DNA of 64,000 nucleotides. It comes from Eledone cirrhosa (Eukaryota). Location: assembly GCA_964016885.1 (NCBI GenBank), contig OZ024746.1, positions 20,956,001 to 21,020,000 on the forward strand, written 5' to 3'. The translations under genes and the position numbers were made by a program. This document shows, one piece after another, positions 1 to 16,070 of this stretch; the stretch's first letter is position 1; every line of letters begins with the position of its first letter. The notes below the pieces were generated by a model that saw nothing but the letters and a program-made list of their open reading frames with translations, did not search any database and was not told the DNA's origin.

Positions 1-199
1 CGCCATTGAATCTAACAGCCCTTCTGTTTTATATATTTGGTGTTACTGGGGAACTGAATGTTCAATAGATATATGTGAGGATGTTTTGGTGAGTCTAATG
101 TTCGATTTTCATGGTGTACGTGCTGGTTGGATGGTGGGGGGAATACCTGCACTACACATACATGGGCCCTTTTGGCATTATCATTATCATCATCATCAT

Positions 200-568
200 A
201 TAGTTACGTCCTTTTACGTTCTGACTTCAAATCCCACCGAGGTTAGCTTTGCCTTTCATCCTCACAGGGTCGATAAAAAATGTATCAGTATCACACTGGG
301 GGGTCGATTTAATCGACTTTCTCCTCCATCCAAATTGTTGGCCTTGTGCCTAAATCAGAAAGTATTATTTCTTGATAGAAGTGGATTGGCAGTATCGGTA
401 GAGGGTCGGACGCCATGCTTTCCAGCATAGTTACGTCCCTTTACGATCTGAGTTCAAATCTCGCCGAGGTTGACTTTGCCTTTCATCCTTACGGGGTCGA
501 TAAAATAAAGTACCAGTAATGCACTGGGTAATTGCTGGCCTTGTGCCTAAAGTAGAAACAATTATTTC
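200..568 (+). mobile_element. Two tandem copies of tRNA-derived SINE family A (first is 5'-truncated)
   Basis: A-box-like TGGCAGTATCGG, B-box GAGTTCAAATC, core GCCTTTCATCCTTACGGGGTCGATAAAATAAAGTACCAG (resembles the MetaSINE core, from memory) and tail GGCCTTGTGCCTAAAGTAGAAACAATTATT. The family recurs more than 20 times in the window. Confidence 0.85.
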
Positions 569-1392
569 TTGATAGAAGAAAACAACATTTAATATAATGC
601 TTTGTATTTTTGGCTTCTCTGATTTCTAAAACACTAACTTACTAGTTTACTTTATGCTTTGAATTTGTATCATCATTTACGTAGAAATGTGTCTATATCT
701 GGTAGTCAGAGAAAGATCCTTGATCAGGCAAAGAGTATTAATATCAATGGCCTGCCCGTCTCCTTTATCTATATTAAATTGAAAATATGAGAATCAAAGA
801 TATTAACGGATAGAGGTTAGTATATAAATATCACATACATTGTAGATCATTTCTAATCAGCATAATCTTTTCCCAAGTGTTCTTCTAATCTTGAAGGTTT
901 CATAGAAAATTTCAAGATTAGGAAAGCGTTTGGGAAAAACTTTATGCTGACAAGTTTAATTGGAAAACACATTTTCGCAACTCAGACGTACTGATAGTAG
1001 CTTCTTTGAAGATTATAGAATATAACTATAGTGACATTATTTTCTTTTTTGTTCTATCGCGGTTATAAATATAAAAATATCATAGATACATGTATTATGT
1101 ATTTTTTTAAATATAATTCCTCAGGTGATGGTTTACGATGAACTACATGAAAGTATGTCGAAAGATAACTGTTAACTTTATTATACGATTTTGCTTGTGC
1201 AGCATATTAAGTTGAGATAGTTTATTTCTGCCAAGGAAATATATTCTTCCTCCGCCTTAATAACTTTGCAACACTATCAAACATCACGGCTATTGAAATC
1301 CTTATTGGTGATTTGGGGCTCTAGTGAGTTTACAGAAGTAAAGAAGGGCTTGCAATGGGATGTGTGAAAATTGATATTATTCTTGCCTTTAC

Positions 1393-1520
1393 AAATATTT
1401 ACATGTGTTGATGAAAGGTAAAGCTAACCTCGGTGAGATTAGAACTCAGAACGTAATGGGCCGTAACTATATGCAACAAAGCATGTTGTCCGACGCTCTA
1501 CCGATACCTGTCAACCCACC
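1393..1520 (-). mobile_element. SINE family A, 5' part
   Basis: Reverse complement of the head and B-box: GATGAAAGGTAAAGCTAACCTCGG...GAACTCAGAACG...CGACGCTCTACCGATAC. Confidence 0.75.
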
Positions 1521-2411
1521 ACTCTTTTTCTATAGAGAAATAATGAAATATATATCAATTCATTGTTAGCTTAGAAGTTTAATATTTAGAGATGTTTGAA
1601 AGAAAGGAAATAATGAGAAGCAAACATTTGTAATCTTGTGTTATGGTTATTAAAGGAAATAATTCATTGAATAATAATAAAAATAATCCAGTTGTACACA
1701 CATGCATGTTCATACATATACACACGAACATAATGTACCATTTTTTTGCTTGCTTTATGTAGTCATGGTTTTACAACAATTATACAACTGATTCTGTTAT
1801 GCAGCATACTCTTCTATTTTAGTATTTTTTAAATATAATGCTCTTTTACATTCATCCTCCCCCTTAAGTGGTTAAGAATAAATACATTCTTTAAATAAAA
1901 AGTTGAAGCTTATTAATTTTAATCTGAATAGCAAGAAATATAGGTTTAATAAGTACTTCTAGTATATAATAAAGCTTTCTAGTTCAATTTATCATTATAC
2001 AATTAACACAATTTCACAATGTTTTCAATCTCCACTAACTTTCTATTTAATATTGTGTCAAGTGGCTTTATTGTCAAATATGTATATGCTGTAATTATAC
2101 TGTCTATTTGTTATTCGGGTTTGGTATCTAAAACTATATTATCTTACGTACACGACTTAATTGGGGCTGCAGTGAAATGTGGTTGGTAACGAACGCATAT
2201 GGCGATGAAAGCATGCTAACTAATGTTTTCTCATTAATTTGATAACGAAGAAAATGCTGGCAACGAACTATTTCCATACAAGAAAAAATAATTTATAATC
2301 AAGTTTATGAAAGGTCGGCTGGGTTTCCTCAAGCAAATTTTGTATGTTTGTTTATTCGTGTTTTATTTGGCTAGCTTGTGTATTTATTTGTCAGTAATTT
2401 TTCGTTTTAAG

Positions 2412-2492
2412 ATCTCAGACAGCATCCGATGAAAATGATAACAGTCGGCCGGAAAAGGCAATGATCATAAATGAAATGAAGAGAGAGGAAAA
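2412..2492 (+). CDS. Candidate internal coding exon of an unidentified host gene (81 bp, phase 2-2; SQTASDENDNSRPEKAMIINEMKREE)
   Basis: Pyrimidine-rich acceptor TTTTTCGTTTTAAG, perfect donor GTAAGT, length divisible by 3, and only one open frame. No homology recognised. Confidence 0.4.
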
Positions 2493-3044
2493 GTAAGTGA
2501 CCATTATTTGATTTATGTGTATAATGATGAATCCAGAATGATTTATTTTATAATAAATAAATATTATCAATGAAAACGAAATATGAAACAAAAAGTAGTT
2601 AAAATATAGAGGCAAAAAGTACATTAAAGGAAAGTAGAATAAGATAAACTCTTGATGGTTCGTTGAAAATAGTGTTCATTAACCCATACAGGACGTGATA
2701 TTTGTTTTCTCTGATCCATCTAACCTCAGCTATATTTATGCAAGTTGATTTATCATTTCTATCAACAAAATGACTGCTATATTTTACGGTGAGGAATTAT
2801 GAATATAATGGTGAGTGTCATTTTCACCAGCGAATATTGAGGAAGATCACCGGAAATTGTCTGTAACTTTAAAGCGAATGAATGTCGATTTGGTTCACTT
2901 TACACATGGTGTTTTTTGAACATGTTATCAAGATATTTTAAATGTATATACAAGGCGCACTTTTCAAAGCTTTTTTTATTATCATTTTCCTTATATAACG
3001 TGAGCTATACAGAACGTTTTCTAATGTCTATACGTTTTTTCATT

Positions 3045-3094
<50 letters not shown>

Positions 3095-3143
3095 GTGTGT
3101 ATGTGTGTATGTGTGTGTGTGCGTGTATGTGTGTGTTCATGTA

Positions 3144-3558
3144 TACGAGGGTGGCCTGAAAAATTCATAGGCTGACTATGAAGTATTGATGCTAGGACTG
3201 TGAAATCTTGCATGCATTATTTTCAAATCTTCAGCAATTACCCAGTGTATTACTGGTACTTTATTTTATCGACCCCGTAAGGATGAAAGGCAAAGTTAAT
3301 CCCGCCGAGGTTAACTTTGCCTTTCATCCTTACGGGGTGGATAAAATAAAGTACCAGTAATACACTGGGTTATTGCTGGCCTTGTGCCAAAAGTAGATAC
3401 AATTATTCTTATACAAATCTTCTTATTAATAACTGCATTATTTCTTTCTACGTTGAAAAGTAAACTATGTTGAAAAGTAAACTTTATTTGGTCATTCCAT
3501 GAAAGTATTTTAGTCAGTCAGACTTTTTAGCTTCTGAACTTTTCAGCCGGCCCTCGTA
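3144..3558. mobile_element. Tc1/mariner-type MITE (~200 bp) interrupted by a SINE insertion
   Basis: Terminal inverted repeats TACGAGGG..CTGAAAA.TTCATAGGCTGAC / CTTTTCAGCCGGCCCTCGTA, TA at both ends, same internal sequence as other copies. Confidence 0.85.
3233..3413 (+). mobile_element. 5'-truncated SINE A with a fold-back inverted duplication, nested in the MITE
   Basis: Arms at 3232-3299 and 3311-3378 are near-perfect reverse complements. The insert is flanked by the 9-bp direct repeat CAAATCTTC (3224-3232 and 3414-3422). Confidence 0.85.
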
Positions 3559-4692
3559 AATGTAGAAATATATATAAAAAGTATAATGTAAAAAACAACA
3601 TGTGTTTATGTTTGCGGTTACGTACGTATGTTATTTTCAGTATGCAACGCGTAGTAGGTGGTCAACAAGAAATACTTCTATTGATGGAGGTAGTTGAAAT
3701 AAGAAACAGAGCTCTCAACTTTACTGTAAATCTATCATGAAAATGGATTTTTCGAGCCACTAATATTCTTCATTGCCTATTTCTTACTAGTCTTTGATAT
3801 TAGACGTATTTGAAGTATACAAACTTTCTTTCTCAATGGAAAATACAAAATGTGTTAAGGAAAAACGGCAACTTGTGTTACTTGTGTTCATATGTATATA
3901 TATTAAAAAAACAACAACGGTAGAGATCAAAGGATATTGTAAACATAAATGTCAGCGGCGAAAACAAAAAGAAATTATTAATCATAAAATCATAAAATAT
4001 TTTTTATAAAATCGGAAATTGGGGAAAAAGAAGAGTTGAATGCAATAAGAGAAAAATGTACTATGGAAAGCATGAACAAAGGATTATGTGTACATATGTA
4101 TACGCCTGTGTGCGTGTGTGTGTATGTGTGTGTGTGTGTGTGTCAGCGTTTGGGAGTATGTGTTTATGTATTGGTATATATATATAAATTAAGAAGTATG
4201 CCAGCAGGCAAACTGTACGATAAAGTTATATCTGTATACATACAGAGTGGGTAACCGAAGCTGTCCTAATGTGTATACAATCATTTAATATGTAGGTATA
4301 TAAACATGCTAGAAATATGAATTTTCCTTGAAAATTGAACAGATCATAAATAACTTAATGGATTTTCGGACCTAATTGGGCCCTCCTCCGAAGAGATGTA
4401 TATCATCAAAACAGCCTCAAGAAAGCAAGTATTTCATGGACTTATATACACATTCACTCGTAGTATTATTTTGAAATGGGGCATACTCAATTTCATATAA
4501 TTAACGTGTTGGTAATTAATTAAGTCATATATCGAGAAGTGGACTAGCAGGAGAAGTGTGCGATCAGGTTTTATATGTATACATACAGAGTGGGTAACCG
4601 AGACTGCGCCAATATGTATATAAATATAAACATATTTATTACATAACCATTTAAAAATGCTAGAAAATACTATTTGTCCTATACCTCTCGCC

Positions 4693-4724
<32 letters not shown>

Positions 4725-5003
4725 TTAAAAGAATAGAGGTGTAACACACGAGTTATGATATATAAGGAAAAGAAAATGCTGACAAATTGTTCCCAGTGAA
4801 AAATAGTTTAATTAGGAATAAGAAAAAGATTAGTAATAGTATTGGTTAGTATTCAGTTTTGGTTTTAAGTTTTACCGGTTGCGCATTTCTAATGCTTTTC
4901 AAAAATAATTTTGAGATAGAGCACCCGTGATGTTTACGCTAATACAGATTAGAGCAAACATCACGGGCACTCTATATATAATAAATATATATATATATAT
5001 ATA

Positions 5004-5925
<922 letters not shown>

Positions 5926-6060
5926 GTATTACAAAAATATATAATAAAAATATATGATAATAATTACTAAGGATGTATATAACATTAAGAACCATATTAC
6001 AAATATAGTCCAAAGCAAAAACTAGAGCTAAACAAAGGTGGTTATATAGACCAGGAATTT

Positions 6061-6960
<900 letters not shown>

Positions 6961-7783
6961 AAGGTGATATATGTATGTATGTATGTATATATATATATGT
7001 GTGTGTGTGTATGTATACTATAATGATTTTCTTCCAGTATTCGAATTTAATTATTGAGAAAAAGTCTTCCGCCCAGAGATTTAATTTTTAGAGTATTTCT
7101 TTACTGAAAACACCACATTTCCCAGGGCGGTTTCTTAAATAGTACTATAACCAGGTGTCGCTCTAGTTATAAGTTTTGAATCATTTTAACTTAAATTTGC
7201 TCTCTATTTCTCTCATTCTAAATACAATGTTTACATCCGCTGGGTAGCTGAGCTACATAGAATCACATAATATTTGTTTTCCATTCCATATATCAATGTC
7301 AGGCCTGCTGTATTTCCATTCAGTTTTGATGGATGTATTTCGTATGGTTTAAAGAAATATCATATTTTCAAACTTGTGCATTCATTCTTGTTTACAAGTT
7401 TTGCCGCAAGCTAGCCAGCCCATTAATTTTTTAATATATGCATATTAGTGACTTACTATATAGCATCAGCATCATGTACCAAAATTCAACAATAAGGTCA
7501 CTACTTCCCAATATGCAGCATTGCCTGGGCTTTGGAAAATCTTCGTAGTTGATGTGTTAAGTTTTACTGTTGATATTGATAAAATACGTTTTTTATTCAG
7601 TATCTAGCCATGAAGCGTTCTAAATCTAAAATAACGCAACCAAAAATAATCTTTTTCGCTAAAGAATATTTTCCCCTCAACATCTTGAATTCGTGGTATT
7701 TATTTTCTTGAAGTGTTTTGCATATACAGTATCCGAAAAGTGTTGTCAATTTATTTATTTATTTATTTATCTGTCCGAAGATA

Positions 7784-7918
7784 TTGGTATACTGTGAAGT
7801 TACTATTCCCCTTACGCATTAGGCTGATGTTGGTATACTGTGAAGTTACTATTCCCCTTACGCATTAGGCTGATGTTGGTATACTGTGAAGTTACTATTC
7901 CCCTTACGCATTAGGCTG
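7784..7918. repeat. 46-bp minisatellite, about 3 perfect copies
   Basis: TGGTATACTGTGAAGTTACTATTCCCCTTACGCATTAGGCTGATGT at 7785, 7831 and 7877. Confidence 0.95.
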
Positions 7919-8747
7919 TGATGTCATTACTAAATACACTGCAGGTATCTATTGACTGTTCTTGTCCAAGCTGATATTCATAGTTTAATGCGTGTTATTA
8001 TAATAACCTTTAACACAAAAGTTTTTATCTGCTATCTCTGAAATAGTTTACTTTAGAGAAACTGAAAATGATATTTTGAAACCAGGATTTTAAATTCATT
8101 TTATGTTGTATATAATCTACAGTTATCTTTGTCGGAGCAGTTTTATTTGGAGATAGATATGGATATATGACTGTGATGATGGCGACAGATTATTTGAATT
8201 TTTATCGCTTTCCTCTATTGCATTTTGGCTGGTTATGCATGTCATAAAAATTCGACAGGTGTTGGAATAATAATTACAATATGTCACAGCCTGTTCCCGA
8301 AGCTATTTGCAATGACGTCTGTTTTAGAAGCAATGAAATGGTTCCGGTAAGCTTTGTCAGTGTAAAGTTGAAAGCAAAATCCCGCGTCACGAAACCCGAT
8401 TTGTATTACATTACATTATAGAGGAGTAAATAGGATTTTCCTATTGACAAGGAAATCAAAACAGTTCCTAATGCAAACTGGGGTTATTCTGGCGTAGTTT
8501 TAGGAAATGGAAAACGTTGAAAAACACATTTTAAGTTATCATATATGCACTTTAATGTTACTTACGAAACCTTAAAGTGAAATGAAAACTAAATTATGTA
8601 GATAATATGCCAGAATATCAAGGAAAATATGCGTGTGATATGAGGTTTATAATATTGAAAGACTCCCTCATAGGAGAAATCAAATATGAAAAGCAAACGT
8701 GAAGTTTATATCAGAGGTTGCGCAGATATATGTTTGAATTTGATGCA

Positions 8748-8790
<43 letters not shown>

Positions 8791-9421
8791 ATGTCTGTGT
8801 GTGTGTATGTGTGTGTGTGTGTGTGTGTATTTGTGTGTTTGTGCGTTTGCGTGGGTGGTGTATGTATGTGTGTTTGTGTGCACGCGTGTATGCAAGTGAG
8901 GGTGTGAGCTTCACTGTGTTTACGTAAGTCTGTACGTACGAATGTGTGAGTATATATGTAAAATCTAACATTTCCATATGCAGACAATATGATTTAAAAC
9001 TTTCCTTTTAAAGCACTTACGTGGGTTATTCGCAACATTCTACACGTCTAGGTTTTTGTCTTTAATGCAAACGAAATATATTCCGTAACATGTTTATGGT
9101 ATTTCACTGTAATAATTCATGTAAAATTAATATTCTTATTTATTCGATTCCCGATACTGACACCTTTCTAAGAATACTTCAATATGAATATTAATATTCA
9201 ACATCAAAATATAAACGCTGGGAGAGACATACACATATACACATACACACATACACACAGACTCATACACACAACCGTACACATAATACAGATACACGCA
9301 TATCTAGATACGTACATATAAATTATGTATTAAATATCCACACATATTCATACATACATATTTAACACATCATATGTCATACGCACTTTTATTTACACAA
9401 ATATATAGTATATATGCACCC

Positions 9422-9535
<114 letters not shown>

Positions 9536-9704
9536 TAAATCGAAATTGTAGTCGGAGTATAGTAGATACCAATATATGTATATGTGTGTGTGTATATATA
9601 CACACACATATATATATATTATATATACATATATATTATATATTTATAAATACATATATATATTCATATATATACATACATATATATAATATATATACTT
9701 ATAT

Positions 9705-9750
<46 letters not shown>

Positions 9751-10176
9751 TTATATATATTATATACATACATATATATATTATATATATATTTATATAT
9801 GTATACATATATATGTATGTGTGTGTTTGTGTGTGTGTTGAGTGCATGTGTATATATGTATGTTTATCTATCCACATATAACATATGAAATATATATAAA
9901 TATTTATGTGGCTATCTGAATATGATTACATCTCCATTATTTATTCGTTCCTATATTCACATTAAACAATATCCACATTTATATATGTATCTTTAATTAC
10001 ACAATTACTTTATTTATTCAGAATGTCTTATAAATAGATTATGAATGTATGTGGTGTGTGTGTGTATGTATGTGTGTATGAGTGTGTGTGTGTGTCTGTG
10101 TTTGCTTTCGTGCATGTGTTTGTGTCCCTTCATACAATTTAAACTGGTCATGAATGTACGAAAACACACACGCGCG

Positions 10177-10339
<163 letters not shown>

Positions 10340-10342
10340 GCA

Positions 10343-10408
<66 letters not shown>

Positions 10409-10541
10409 TATACACAAACATATATATATAAAATCATAAAAATTATATTAGAAAATACATACTTCTACATCTTATATAAGTATAACTAATTCTACTAAAA
10501 AGAAACACACACACACTCACACATATATTTATTTACATAAG

Positions 10542-10614
<73 letters not shown>

Positions 10615-10921
10615 CGTGTGTATGTATGTAGACAAGACATTGTTCTAACCAGTCTATTCACCATCGATAACTACCATAAAAGTGCATACACATGCACTAC
10701 ACATATACACACACACACTATATATATCTATCTAAGGCGGGTAAAATTCCCGAGATCCATACGTACACACACACACACTCATATATATATAGATATATAT
10801 ATAGATAGATATATACATACATACAACATAGAATACATGAATACATTTCTCTATTTGACAGTGTTTTTGTAATAAGATAGTTATTTTGTCACAGAATGTT
10901 TTAATTGTCAGAGACTCCAGA

Positions 10922-11075
10922 ATAATTGTTTCTACTTTAGGCACAAGGCCAGCACATACCAAGTACATTACTGGTACTTTATTTTATCGACCCCGTAAGG
11001 ATGAAAGGCAAAGTCAACCTCGGCAGGATTTGAACTCAGATCGTAAAGGGACGTAACTATGCTGGAAAGCATGTT
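10922..11075 (-). mobile_element. SINE family A
   Basis: Reverse complement of tail, core and B-box. Confidence 0.85.
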
Positions 11076-11433
11076 AGAGACTCCATAAAAATAAGTGAGT
11101 ACTAGTATTACGAACGTCAGAATGTAGCATCGAAATATATCAATGGTTTATATATTCTTATTTCTTCTAAGCAGGTTTCCTTCACTAGTCCTAATATATT
11201 CATGCTACTCAAAATGATAGAGAAAGAAGTTAAAATAGACATGTATCAAATGTTAGCTACTTCTCTATTTCGATTCCTCTCCTTTAGCTAAAAATATCAA
11301 AACATTAAATTTTTAATATTTTTTGATATCATGATTTATATGAGATTCCATATGTCTGATATTCATATATTCATCTTGATATCAAACTAAAGTTTATATG
11401 ATGCATATAATGCTAGACATAAAATATCTTGCA

Positions 11434-11475
11434 TCGATATGCTATTATATACAATTGAATGGTATATTAAAACAG

Positions 11476-11550
<75 letters not shown>

Positions 11551-11562
11551 TTATTCTATATC

Positions 11563-11599
<37 letters not shown>

Positions 11600-11705
11600 G
11601 TATATATACAGCGTGTCCCAAAAATGATTACACACTTTCTAATAAAAAGTATATATACATTTTCGATATGCTATTATATACAATTGAATGGTATATTAAA
11701 ACAGC

Positions 11706-11737
<32 letters not shown>

Positions 11738-11739
11738 TT

Positions 11740-11790
<51 letters not shown>

Positions 11791-11853
11791 GTATATATAC
11801 AGCGTGTCCCAAAAATGATTACACACTTTCTAATAAAAAGTATATATACATTT
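11434..11853. repeat. Local tandem duplication (~230 bp and ~190 bp units) whose TA tracts differ in length
   Basis: TCGATATGCTATTATATACAATTGAATGG...CAGCGTGTCCCAAAAATGATTACACAC... starts at 11434 and again at 11663. Confidence 0.85.
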
Positions 11854-11868
11854 TTTTCGGACACCCTG
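11800..11868. mobile_element. Tiny Tc1/mariner-like MITE in a TA tract
   Basis: Ends CAGCGTGTCCCAAAAA...TTTTTTCGGACACCCTG flanked by TA. Related to 52587-52686. Confidence 0.65.
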
Positions 11869-12023
11869 TATATATATATATATATATATAGGGAGTATAC
11901 GTGCAGTTACTATAGGTTGACCCGAATGAGTACTTCATGCGTAGTTTCCCGTCTGTAAAGAGGTGTACAACTAAGCACAGTGTAAATATAATAATAAAAG
12001 GACGGTTTGTTATGCTTCATTAC

Positions 12024-12110
<87 letters not shown>

Positions 12111-12111
<1 letters not shown>

Positions 12112-13105
12112 TAGCAGCAGTACCCAGCGTTGCCTGGGTAGGTGAAATAATATCTGCTTTGATGAAAAGGTGTTGATCTTAGCGACTGCTTCTCGATGAC
12201 TCATCTATGGCCACACAGGCCATGCGGAGTAGGGTGGTGATGACCTCTATCACTGAGAAACGCGGGTGACTGATGAAGGGGCATGCTGCGGGAGGGAGGT
12301 AATGACCTCTAACACTAAGCCAAATTTCCACACGCTACTTGATTGGAAACCGATGAATTCTCAAATACACAACTAAAAGCTCATACGACGTCAGTGGCCA
12401 TCGTTTTGCCTTTGACCATCTATAAGATGTGCAATGATAGGTTCTATCGTAGTATAAAAGTTGAACCAAATAAATTGATTTATGTGTGACGTGGAACCAA
12501 ATAAATTGATTTATGTGTGACCGTGGAACGAAATCGGTTGAAAAATGTGGGAGCTAGAGCCGAAAAGACGGAAATTTGAGTGAAAAGGTGGTATTTTCGA
12601 ATATTTAAGCGGCTGCCACGCCGTTCCTGAACGAAAAATCCAAAATGTAAAGCCACTTTAAGACGTGAAATAATCAGATCTAGCGTAGTGTAACATTTGA
12701 ACTAAGTAGGTTGATTAATGCGGGAGCTAGAGTCTAAAAGTGGTATTTTTGAATATTTAAGTGGCTGCCACGCCGTCCTTGAACAAAAAATGCAAAATAT
12801 AAAGCCATTCCAGGATGTGCAATGATAAATTCTATTTTGCTTTAAAATTTGAACGAAATCGGTGGCAAAATGTGGGAGCTAGAGCCAAAAATCTTATTTT
12901 TCGATACCTAAAAAAAAGTGACCCACCTATAAATTTTTATCTGCAGAATGACCCTGGAATAAAAAAACCGATACGCTGATATATAGAAAACACTCCCCGA
13001 TGACTAATCTATGAGCCTGTAAAGTTTCATGAAAATCGATCGTAAGATGTAGGCCCCTATAGGTAACACACACACACACACACATACTTAATTTTATATA
13101 TATAC
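12111..13105 (-). mobile_element. Non-autonomous Helitron with internal ~170-190-bp tandem repeats
   Basis: The minus-strand 3' end is TACCCAG-GCAACG-CTGGGTA (hairpin) followed by CTGCTG-CTAG. The 5' end is TATATATAAAATT plus (GT)n plus CGATTTTCATGAAACTTT. GGGAGCTAGAG occurs three times and GGCTGCCACGCCG twice in 12530-12890. Confidence 0.8.
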
Positions 13106-13703
13106 ATACACATATATATATATATATATATGCGTATATTCATACATACAAAACTACATAAATACGTATTCATACATTTCTATATACATACATATATATA
13201 TATATATTTATATATATATATGTGCGTATGTGTATACGATATACATGCAGGATATACATGTATATATGCATGTATGTACATATATTACAGGTTTTTAATC
13301 CTTGGCATACTTCATCGCTTAAAAAACCCTATGTTTTCTTGAATCGGAACCCAACTTCTTTCTTATAATATAAAAAGAAGATAATAAACAAACTCATAGA
13401 AAATTGCATGGTAAAGTTTAGAAATATATTTAGGAATATATTGTGTATTTTTCTTCTTTTCCATTTGTAGTTTACGTTAGGCAATCGTTTCCTTTAAATT
13501 ATAGTCCATAGTTTTCATAGATACTTTTATAACAGTTATGTGTCAAACAATAAGATATACATGTACATATACAATCATAGTAAAAACGTAAAATATCGTA
13601 AGCTAGAGTATTCGTAAGGAATTCATTCCGACTCGTAAAATATTCCTATCCTCACTATTAAAACGTAAATAATATATTTGGTTTTATTTCTTTTGTTTTG
13701 AAG

Positions 13704-13839
13704 ATGTTGCCTGAGCGATTTCACACGGCATACAAAGTTTGTATATATGTAGGTAAAGGTAGTTAATGTATGTTTTACAAACCATCTATCTAAGGATAAC
13801 ATTAAACGGAGAGACGATAAAAACGAGAAAGAAGTCATG
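13704..13839 (+). CDS. Very tentative pair of exons (13704-13736 CCLSDFTRHT; 13795-13839 ITLNGETIKTRKKS-stop)
   Basis: Acceptor TTTCTTTTGTTTTGAAG and phase 2, compatible with exon 2412-2492. The donor is weak, the intron would be only 58 nt, and no homology is recognised. Confidence 0.15.
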
Positions 13840-14185
13840 ACAGAGAATATATTGGTGAAACAAGAGTGTCTAGATATTTTAATGCTTTTCCACACCGGTT
13901 CCTTTCTTAAATTTCTTACATTTATGAATTTATATCCACTCTGCTACTGTGCTTATCTGGAATTTGTAAGTTATGGTGTTATTCACAGAGATTGAATGCC
14001 GTGTCATGTATTCTGCGATATATAACATGTTGTGATATTAATAATGAATGGATGCAGTCTTGGTTAATGGTCTATGGATACTTTCCCATATCATTTTGAA
14101 AAGATTAAGAACTCAAAGAATTTTATCTCCTATCTCTTTTACCAGATTTCGAAGCGAACCTTCAGACTAGGACGTCGCTCTACAA

Positions 14186-14378
14186 TAATGGCTTCTGATT
14201 TAGGTACAAGGCCAAACATTTTTAGGGGAGGGGAAAGTAGAATAAATCAACCCAGTGCATTACTGGTACGTTTTGTATCGACTCCGTAAGGATGAAAAGC
14301 AAAGCTAACCTTGGCGGGATTTGAACTTAGAACGTAAAGCATGTTGTCCAACGCTCTACCGATACTGCCAATTCATCG
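14186..14378 (-). mobile_element. SINE family A (long variant)
   Basis: Reverse complement of tail, core and head. Confidence 0.8.
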
Positions 14379-15234
14379 GTCAACGATAATATCCTTTACT
14401 CAGTCTCGGAGGTGCTCAAAAGTGTAGTGGACATAGTTCTTTTCATGTGACTAAGACATTAAAAGATGAAACGTAACAATATTACATTGGTTTTGTTTGA
14501 GTTATTTCCAGGTTTTAGTTTCAATTTTCACCAAAATTTCTCCAAGTTCGTACGTTTGAATATATTTGTTGAATTCGCTGATATCCATGATGGTATTTTC
14601 TATATTAGTATTTATGTATGTATTCCTGTCTACTAATCAAAACATTGTTATATATTATATTTTATATGACTTCTGAAATTTAATCCAGTTTAAATTGTTT
14701 TCTCTGCGTTTTCGTGTTTAAATATTTTAGTTAACATGAATTCGTAATAATTTGTCTCTGCTGACTGCAAATGAAGTAATAATTGAAGCACAATTTATGG
14801 ATGTGTAGTGCAGTATACATTCAATGCTTTTCTTCATGTACGAGTTGAATATATATGTAGTTTTATATACATAAACATTTAAAATAGATTTTGTTCTATA
14901 TTTCACTCAGTAAATCTAACAGTGAATTCGATTATATATTCAAGCCGCTTGTATTTTCCCAAATGAATACACTATGCGTAGTACATAGATATATTGTTTG
15001 GTTCAAAAAGCCAAAGGAACGTGCGTGACAGAAACTATTTTCTCAAAATGTTAATTCTGTTGAATTTAACCGAAAGCCTTCCAAATATACCGATGTATTT
15101 TCTGATCAATAATTTGAATATAATAACAGAAGTTATATTAATCCACTTAACTTTCTTTCATACACCCCATATACGTCACGATAACCTTAAGTGTAACTTT
15201 ACTTTAGAGTGAAATTAAGCATATGTTCATGTCG

Positions 15235-15570
15235 TTGAATTAGCTGGTTCGTTAGAACGTCGGATAGAGTGCTTGCGGTATTTGTTTCGACTCTCGGCCT
15301 TCTGAATTCAAATCACGCTGAGTTCAACTTTGCTTTTCATCGAGGTTGATAACAATGTATGTACAGTAAAGTACTGGTGTCGATTATTTTTCTATATCTC
15401 TTTCACACTTTCATTCTCTCACTCGTTATCTTTCTCTGGAAGAAATCTGCTCTATTCAGACTTAGAGAGGAGATGGGCTCCACCAGGTTTTAAAAGAAAT
15501 GACATACAAACGCCGTATGTCAACATGTGTCCCTTACGACTCCCTTACGAGTTACAGGACCGTGCATGCA
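15235..15570 (+). mobile_element. Older SINE A-related subfamily with a distinct extended 3' tail
   Basis: Diverged head and core, then GAGGAGATGGGCTCCACCAGG...CGCCGTATGTCAACA...ACGACTCCC...GAGTTAC. The same tail occurs at 35790-35900 (-), 37660-37740 and 58040-58115. Confidence 0.65.
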
Positions 15571-15720
15571 ATCATATGTTCATGTAGGTTTCTAAATTTA
15601 TCATTGTAAACCAATTTATTTGGAATTACTTAGGTATCAATATCTAGATGAACAATGAACTGATATATGTGTTCTTGAATGTATTTACACGTCCAACTTT
15701 ACCTTTCTAGTTCTGAATAC

Positions 15721-15769
<49 letters not shown>

Positions 15770-15924
15770 GTGAGTGAGTGAGTGAGTGAGTGAGTGAGTG
15801 AGTGAGTGAGTGAGTGAGTGAGTGAGTGAGAGAGAGAGAGAGTGAGTGAGTGAGTGAGTGAGTGAGTGAGTGAGTGAGTGAGTGAGTGAGTGAGTGAGTG
15901 AGAGAGAGAGAGAGAGAGAGAGAA

Positions 15925-16070
15925 TCGACCCCTGTACTAGACTGGTATTTTATCGACCTCGAAAGGATGAAAGGCAAAGTTGTTCTCGGCGGGATTTGAG
16001 CACAGAGAGCCAGAGCGAATACCCCAAAGCATTTTATCCGACGTTCTAACAACTCTGCCAATTCATCTCC
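15925..16070 (-). mobile_element. SINE A-related copy, adjacent to a (GA)n/(GAGT)n tract
   Basis: ACTGGTATTTTATCGACCTCGAAAGGATGAAAGGCAAAG...CTCTGCCAATTC. Confidence 0.75.

Noticed and set aside
7784-7918. Possible CRISPR array
   Set aside because: The units are contiguous and identical, with no spacers, in eukaryotic DNA.
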